Assembly: GCA_964016885.1 (NCBI GenBank) | Contig: OZ024745.1 | Span: 72,478,001-72,542,000, forward strand | DNA: 64,000 nucleotides | Source of the DNA: Eledone cirrhosa | Taxonomy: Eukaryota | Direction of reading: 5' to 3' | In this document: one piece after another, positions 56,408 to 64,000 of the stretch | Layout: the number at the start of each line of letters is the position of its first letter | Numbering within the stretch: position 1 is the first letter of the stretch | The notes under the pieces: model-generated | What the model saw: only the letters and a program-made list of their open reading frames with translations | Databases searched by the model: none | Told to the model about the DNA's origin: nothing | Position numbers and translations under genes: made by a program

Positions 56408-59353
56408 TTTTCTCTTTCTCTTAATTTTGAGTATATTTTTTTGACCGGCCACCTTCCTGGTGGCAAGGTTGTAAAAGAAAAGAAATTGTCATCCCTTGAA
56501 TCGCAAGAATGTTTTGCAAATTTTGAAGGTGCCAGCTATCGCAGCCATTTGTAGACTATGAATTAGGGAGCTGCGCTTTTTGTCCGCAAATCCAAGTTCA
56601 GTCATACTTTGGTCCAAGCGGGTTGGTATATAACCCGTAGCACCAATAATGATGGGTATGAAGCTAAAGGTGTATCTTGGATACTGGATTTGTAAACTCC
56701 TCATCAATGGTCCGTAGATGTCCTCCTTCTCCTGTATTTTTCTGACAACGTTTACATCAAGTGGGCAGCTGATCTCCACAACAGAACACGTTTTCAATGT
56801 GTGGTCCCAAACTACAATATCAGGCCGGTTGTGCTTTAATCTGGTGGCAGTTTTTATTTTCAGGTTCCACCAGTATTCCTTAGTGCCATCTGTCTCAATA
56901 TATTCTTCCTCGTTTGTTGTTAATTTTGTTTTCCGAAGTGCGTTCCAGATGGTTCTAGCTATCCCATCGTGTCTCATGGGGAGGTAGTAGCGAGATGACA
57001 TTCTTTCGCAGCTAGCAACAATGTGGCTTACATCCTCGATCTTTGTTTTACATAGCCTACATTTATTGTCAGCTGCTGGCCCTCCTCTTTTGTGCAGCAG
57101 ATATTTGGTAGGGAGTTCTTGTTCCTGTATTGCATAGAGATATCCCTCAAGGTGTGATGTCATAAACTTGTCGGAACTCCATGCCAGGCTTTTTGAGTGG
57201 TTTATCCCCTCTATGGTCTGTGTTTTACGCCTCAAGTATCCATGCACAACTTTTTCTGTAAATTGGTCAATTTTTTTTTCTTGTTTGAACATTGAATAGG
57301 ATCTTCCGATTTCTCTGGGTGAGAGATTTATATCGGGCTTTATTCCATATCTCTCCTCCAGATCAGTCGCTATTCTAATGATATTTCTTTTTTCATGGTC
57401 ATAAACCTGGGCAAGATGGTTGCCAACCTTTTTCCTCTGTTGAAGGTGTTGCTTCAGTGTCACTATCCGGGTCTCATATGTTGTTAATATTGATTTTAGA
57501 CCCCGGCCACCTTCCTTGGGTGAGAAGTATAGCCTATCCACATCACCATTGATGTTAAAGTTCCCAGTAACACTGAGAAGTTTTCGAGTTCTAACATCCA
57601 TCTCACTTAGTTCTTGCAATGACCAGTTCAGTAGGCCAAATGTTGGCGTTAGAATTGGCACAGCATAAGTATTGTGGGCAATGTATTTGTTGTAAGCTGA
57701 CAGCTCTGATGACCATATTTTCTTTACTCTTCTGAGGTATTCAGTTCTGGTTTTCTCCTTATTTATGGGTCCATCATATCTGACATTCTCATCCTGTCCA
57801 AGGTATCTGTAGTTGTCACCTGACTGCAGAGGTTGTATTGTCAGGCCGTTCATCTCTAGATTTCTAGAGGAGGGCACAGCTCTTCCACGTTTTACTGCCA
57901 AATATGCACACTTGGACTCACCAAATTTCATTTTGATGTCGGTTGAAAATTGTGTAATGAGGTCCAATTGTTTCTTGATGTCATTGATATTTGGCCCATA
58001 CAACTTCAGGTCATCAACAAAGAAAAGATGGGAGATACTTCTGGTCCCACTTCTTTGTCGACCTTGTTTCCTGAGTAGGTAAGATAGTGGATTCAGTGAG
58101 AGAACGAAGAGTAGCACCGACAAGCTATCACCCTGAAAGATGCCCTTCTGGTAATGTATCTTATCAGTCCTAACCTGCTCCTTCTCACCTCTAAGGATCA
58201 AACTGGTGTACCAGTTCTTGGTCAGGCGTTCAACAGCAGCTACCAATGGTAGTGGGACTTTAGCTAACTGTAAAGCCTTAACAATCCACCCATGAGGTAC
58301 ACTATCAAATGCTTTTTGATAGTCCAGCCACACGACAGTCATGTTTCTGCGATTCTTTGTTGTTTTTTCCTGAATCATTTTGTTAGTTAGTAGGTGATCT
58401 ATGCAACCCCACACCTCCCTCTTTCCACCAGCTTGCTCAGGTGTTATGATGTTGTTGGTAGCACAGTGATCCTGTAAGAACAGGTTAAGGCACCCAGTAT
58501 ATAATTTATACATGATGTTTTGGCAGGCAATTGGGCGGTAATTTTTAGCAAGGGTGGTTTGGCTATTTTGGGGAATGAGGAGAGTAGAGGCAGTTGATAA
58601 CCATCTGGGCAGTTCTTGTGTGCCCTTAATGGTTTCTGTAAACAGCCGTATGAGATCTTGCCGATAGAAAGTGAAATTCTTCAACCAGTATCCTGTAATG
58701 AGGTCTGGGCCTGGCGATTTCCTATTCGACATTTTCTGTAGAGCTGTTTCCAGTATTGACCCATCTATGTCATATTGTTTTGTCTGGACATGTTGGCAGT
58801 AGTCCTGTTCCAGTTCTTTTAGCCAATTAGCTTGTCTGTTGAATCCGTCATCCGTTTCCCATACAGATCTCCAGTAGCTCTCAACCTATTCTTTTGAAGG
58901 GGTGTCATTTACAGAGATTGAGCTTTTGCCACCGAAGCTGCGATAAACTGATTTAGGATCTCTGGCAAACAATCTATTTAGCACTTGTCGTTTATGTGCT
59001 GTTGACTTATATTTTAGTCTTTCTGTTGTAGCTGTGAGTTGTTGTTTCAACTGGTGTAATTTGGAGTTCAAAGTTTTAAATTTTGTATCTCCAAATCTTC
59101 TCTCTAACTTTTTCTTTAGGTCTTCCTGGTGTTATGTGAAGTTGCTCTCTATGTTGCATTTCATAACGACTGCGATGTGTGAGATACTTCGTCTCAGGGA
59201 CAAAATTTTGGTTTTTAAATTTCGCATCCACGCTGGTTCAGGCTTTCTGTTTGTATCTTGATTGCGTGGTTTTAGATGTGTGTTATATGCTAGCAATGTG
59301 ACAGCTGAAACATATAACAAAACATTAAGCGTTTCTATAACAAAACATTAAGC
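56408..59353 (-). mobile_element. 5'-truncated R4/Dong-type RLE non-LTR retrotransposon
   Basis: Contains ORF 56489-58732, extendable upstream through a TAG at 58886 and a frameshift near 59130; (TATG)n at both ends. Confidence 0.92.
56489..58732 (-). CDS. RT, CCHC knuckle and PD-(D/E)xK restriction-like endonuclease (open part of the R4/Dong ORF)
   Basis: KSPGPD, NYRPIAC, WLDYQKAFDSVPH, GIFQGDSLS, HLFFVDDLKLY, CRLC...HIVASC, RHD and HNRPDIVVWD...VVEISCP. Confidence 0.88.
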   Translation of the reverse strand: MSNRKSPGPDLITGYWLKNFTFYRQDLIRLFTETIKGTQELPRWLSTASTLLIPQNSQTTLAKNYRPIACQNIMYKLYTGCLNLFLQDHCATNNIITPEQAGGKREVWGCIDHLLTNKMIQEKTTKNRRNMTVVWLDYQKAFDSVPHGWIVKALQLAKVPLPLVAAVERLTKNWYTSLILRGEKEQVRTDKIHYQKGIFQGDSLSVLLFVLSLNPLSYLLRKQGRQRSGTRSISHLFFVDDLKLYGPNINDIKKQLDLITQFSTDIKMKFGESKCAYLAVKRGRAVPSSRNLEMNGLTIQPLQSGDNYRYLGQDENVRYDGPINKEKTRTEYLRRVKKIWSSELSAYNKYIAHNTYAVPILTPTFGLLNWSLQELSEMDVRTRKLLSVTGNFNINGDVDRLYFSPKEGGRGLKSILTTYETRIVTLKQHLQQRKKVGNHLAQVYDHEKRNIIRIATDLEERYGIKPDINLSPREIGRSYSMFKQEKKIDQFTEKVVHGYLRRKTQTIEGINHSKSLAWSSDKFMTSHLEGYLYAIQEQELPTKYLLHKRGGPAADNKCRLCKTKIEDVSHIVASCERMSSRYYLPMRHDGIARTIWNALRKTKLTTNEEEYIETDGTKEYWWNLKIKTATRLKHNRPDIVVWDHTLKTCSVVEISCPLDVNVVRKIQEKEDIYGPLMRSLQIQYPRYTFSFIPIIIGATGYIPTRLDQSMTELGFADKKRSSLIHSLQMAAIAGTFKICKTFLRFKG

Positions 59354-59434
59354 GTATGTATGTATGTATGTATGTATGTATGTATGTATGTATGTATGTA
59401 TGTATGTATGTATGTATGTATGTATGTATGTATG

Positions 59435-59479
<45 letters not shown>

Positions 59480-59506
59480 ATGTGTGTGTATGTATGTATA
59501 TATTTA

Positions 59507-60023
59507 TGTCGGGTCACTCTTGAGTGCTACTGGTAACATGTAACCCAGTACAACCTGTCGCATGGTCGGGTTTCGGCGACTAAACCGGCAACCCCACCAA
59601 GTCTACTTGGTGAGGAAGGTGAATTTGGGCACCCTGCAGGACAAAAAACAAAACCTGACAAAGGGCGAAAGAACACATAAGAGTCAACGACCATCCAAAA
59701 GTGTGTAAATATGTATATACACATGTACATATGTATGTATATGAATATATGGATGCATGTGTATGTATATGCGCGGGAACATAGAAATAGTCGGCCTGGA
59801 TACCCGATCGCGTGGTTAAACCACTAGGAGTGAAGGACCCCTAGCCTTTGTCAGGGCATTCTTCTAGGAGAAGGCAACTCAGGAAACTGGGATAACTCCG
59901 ACATAAAACCTACAGCTCAGTAGTTACCGATGATGTTGATCTTTTCTTCTTTTCGGGTTATAGATACTGTCGCTCAGAGAGTGGGATTGGCTCAGTGCAG
60001 TCTTTCCTCACGCACAGGCATTG
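59507..60023 (+). mobile_element. Diverged subfamily of the RTE-derived element (5' part, interrupted)
   Basis: Homologous to about 51224-51620 with many substitutions; interrupted at about 59700-59775. Confidence 0.75.
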
Positions 60024-60044
60024 CACGATAGAATTAATTAATAA

Positions 60045-60427
60045 TTAATAATTGTTTCTACTTTAGGCACAAGGCCAGCAATTACCCAGTGCATTACTGG
60101 TACTTTATTTTATCGACCCCGTAAGGATGAAAGGCAAAGTTAACCTCGGCGGGATTTGAACTCAGATCGTAAAGGGACGTAACTATGCTGGAAAGCATGG
60201 CGTCCGACCCTCTACCGATACTGCCAATCCATCGCCCTTGAATTGTTTCTACATTTGGCACAAGGCCAGCAATTACCCAGTACATTACTGGTACTTTATT
60301 TTATCGACCCCGTAAGGATGAAAGGCAAAGTTAACCTCGGCAGGATTTGAACTCAGATCGTAAAGGGACGTAACTATGCTGGAAAGCAAGTCCGACCCTC
60401 TACCGATACTGCCAATTCACGGCCCTT
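60045..60427 (-). mobile_element. Tandem pair of young SINEs
   Basis: Two near-identical head-to-tail copies. Confidence 0.9.
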
Positions 60428-60652
60428 AATTAATAATTAATAATAATGGTATATCGTGCAATGGGTATACTCGATAACGAGGGGCCGCCATCATGTATAT
60501 ATATATATATAATTATCTCAATTTTATAGTTCTGGTATGTCAAATTAATACCATAGAACAACCACTGTATCATAGACACCCTATATATTTCCAGGGCTAC
60601 TTAGTACCTGTAGGGATATTAACCTCTTTATATATATATATATATATATATA

Positions 60653-60857
60653 TTGTTATACTTTGGGAGGGTCATGTTGCCAATAAGAAACACACGCACC
60701 AGTTGTTTCACTTCAATTTATTATTATTATAAATTTATAAATTTCTGGTTGGTTGGTTGGTTAGTTGTTTATATATATTGTCATAGTTCTTTCGTCACAC
60801 ACTCTGTGACCTCTTCAGTGACTGGGGATTCCTTTCTTTGTTTCTGTGCCTCTCCTG
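60653..60857 (-). mobile_element. Solo PLE 3' terminus
   Basis: Homologous to 23047-23275; starts at (TA)n. Confidence 0.85.
60780..60822 (-). ncRNA. Minimal hammerhead motif
   Basis: GTCA-CTGAAGA-g-GTCACA-gagtg-TGTGAC-GAAA-GAAC-TA-TGAC. Confidence 0.7.
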
Positions 60858-60968
60858 TGCACCTGTGCACCCCAAACACATAATTGGGAATATAATCACT
60901 TATTTCCTAATGTTTGTAGAGTGAGTTGGAATTTGGCCGGAGTATCGCTAAAAAGCTTTCTCAGATGT

Positions 60969-61067
<99 letters not shown>

Positions 61068-61078
61068 TAATATATATA

Positions 61079-61179
<101 letters not shown>

Positions 61180-61362
61180 GTGTGTATATATATATGTATG
61201 AATATATATATATATGAATATAATGTGAAGTTAGAGTTTTTAAAGAACTAACACTGCTCTCTCAGAACTCATATGGTCCTTATATATGAATATATATATA
61301 TATGAATATATATATATGTGAATATATATATATATATATATATGAATATATATATATGTATG

Positions 61363-61399
<37 letters not shown>

Positions 61400-61446
61400 G
61401 TATGTATATATATATATATATGTATGTATATATATATATATGTATG

Positions 61447-61527
<81 letters not shown>

Positions 61528-61598
61528 GCATATATATATATATGTATGTATATATGCATATATATGTATATATATATATATGTATATATATAAGCATA

Positions 61599-61647
<49 letters not shown>

Positions 61648-61732
61648 GCATATATATATATATACATATATGTATATATATATGCATATATATGTATATA
61701 TATATATGTGTATATATATATGCATATATATG

Positions 61733-61811
<79 letters not shown>

Positions 61812-61856
61812 GCATATATATGTATATATATATATGTGTATATATATATATGCATA

Positions 61857-61909
<53 letters not shown>

Positions 61910-61927
61910 GCATATATTTGTATATAT

Positions 61928-62054
61928 GCCGTCGAAACGGCTTGAGCTCAGCTGTCGGGGTCTTACTGGTTCCTATTACCCACTCTACTACCTCAAGTAT
62001 TGAGTACTTTGGTGCGTTATGGTCCACCTGGTTCCTTACCACATTTCCTTCGTT
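61928..62054 (+). mobile_element. Half copy (right arm plus tail) of the palindrome element
   Basis: Matches 9354-9480. Confidence 0.85.
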
Positions 62055-62085
62055 ATATATGTATATATATATATGCATATATTTG

Positions 62086-62143
<58 letters not shown>

Positions 62144-62157
62144 TGTATATTTATATG

Positions 62158-62223
<66 letters not shown>

Positions 62224-62237
62224 TGTATATTTATATG

Positions 62238-62291
<54 letters not shown>

Positions 62292-62358
62292 GATAAGCAG
62301 AACAAGTAAAATTCAATCAATTTTTCAAAATACATTAAAAAATATATATGTATATGTA

Positions 62359-62481
<123 letters not shown>

Positions 62482-62518
62482 AATATACATAGGTAATGTA
62501 TATATATGTGTATATATA

Positions 62519-62645
62519 TAGCCGTCGAAACGGCTTCAGCTCTGCCGTCGGGATCATACTTTTTACTATTACTCACTCTACTACCCTAAGTATTGAGTAC
62601 TCTGGTGCGTTATGTTCCATCTGGTTCCTTAACACAATTCCTTCG

Positions 62646-62646
<1 letters not shown>
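62519..62646 (+). mobile_element. Diverged half copy of the palindrome element
   Basis: Matches 9352-9479 with substitutions. Confidence 0.8.
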
Positions 62647-62694
<48 letters not shown>

Positions 62695-62779
62695 ATATAT
62701 ATGTAATATATATATGTATTATATATTTATATATATATATTTATGTATATGTAATATATATATGTAATATATATATGTA

Positions 62780-62874
<95 letters not shown>

Positions 62875-62910
62875 TATATATATATATTTATATATATATT
62901 TATATATATA

Positions 62911-62993
<83 letters not shown>

Positions 62994-63282
62994 ATATATG
63001 CTTCTCTATACGTGTGTGTGTTCATTTCTATATATAGTCCATATTTACCTATGCTGCGTCAGGTAATTTCTAATTACTTCCCTTCTGTCATAAACTAGAC
63101 ATGACAAACACAATGTATTTCATGAGATATGATTGTCGCCCCGTAACCATATCACTGATTACGTTCACCATCCCACACATAATTCTGCTGAACAGCGTAC
63201 TCACTCACTCACACACATGCGAATATATATGAAGATATTTTTTGAAGTAATATTCTCAACGAAGAAATTATTATATAACGCT

Positions 63283-63387
<105 letters not shown>

Positions 63388-63521
63388 TGTATAATTATAT
63401 ATATATATATATATACGTATATATAATGGAAAATTTGAACAGGAACAAAACAGAGAGGCAGTACAACGAATGTTTATTAATTTCACGCTATATATATATA
63501 CGTACGTATATATATATATAA

Positions 63522-63586
<65 letters not shown>

Positions 63587-63677
63587 TATATACGTATATA
63601 TATGTACGTATATATATATACATATATATATACGTATATATATATATATATATACGTATATATATATATATATATAA

Positions 63678-63895
63678 CCTTGGTCTTCCTCTTCTAGTGT
63701 GTCCATGTAGGGGCTCCCAAAGGACCACTCCTCTCTGTCACTTTTGAGCTGACCTTTAAAATGCTCCCATACAGCTCTGAGTTTTTCATTCTCAGTGTAC
63801 ACTGATTAATGTTCAGAGCCATCCTCAGCATTCTCGTGTAGCACCCATCCACCACCTGAGTAAGTTTCTTGTTCAGTGTCCAAGTCTCAGACCCA
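63678..63895 (-). mobile_element. RTE-like LINE C-terminal fragment within (TA)n
   Basis: GSETWTLNKKLTQVVDGCYTRMLRMALNI...[15 protein letters not shown]. Confidence 0.7.
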
Positions 63896-63904
63896 TATAT
63901 ATAC

Positions 63905-63956
<52 letters not shown>

Positions 63957-64000
63957 GTATATATATATATACGTATATATATATATATATATATATACGT

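Overview
This is AT-rich animal genomic DNA, intergenic or intronic, with one 200-N gap. The tRNA-derived Meta-domain SINEs and very long (TA)n/(TATG)n arrays suggest an octopus or other cephalopod; that is inference, not a database result. No intact host gene is visible, and almost all long ORFs in the supplied track are microsatellite artefacts. Real coding remnants are: a frameshifted, intronless DCN1-like (DCUN1D3-type) copy; a 5'-truncated but uninterrupted RTE LINE ORF with three C2H2 fingers; two R4/Dong-type RLE LINEs; a Penelope-like element (PLE; RT plus GIY-YIG); and fragments of CRE, RTE/Expander and Chapaev3 elements. The most notable signal is a community of small retroelements embedded in (TA)n/(TATG)n arrays. 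It includes five hammerhead ribozyme motifs (one a compensated U3-A8 core variant in a 320-bp tandem unit). It also includes a repeated 116-bp palindrome carrying half a hammerhead, whose centre is flipped (GA versus TC) between copies, a twin-priming 5' inversion of a non-autonomous RTE, and a DCUN1D3 retrocopy bracketed by 70-bp inverted repeats. All RNA structures were derived by eye and none is shown to be active.
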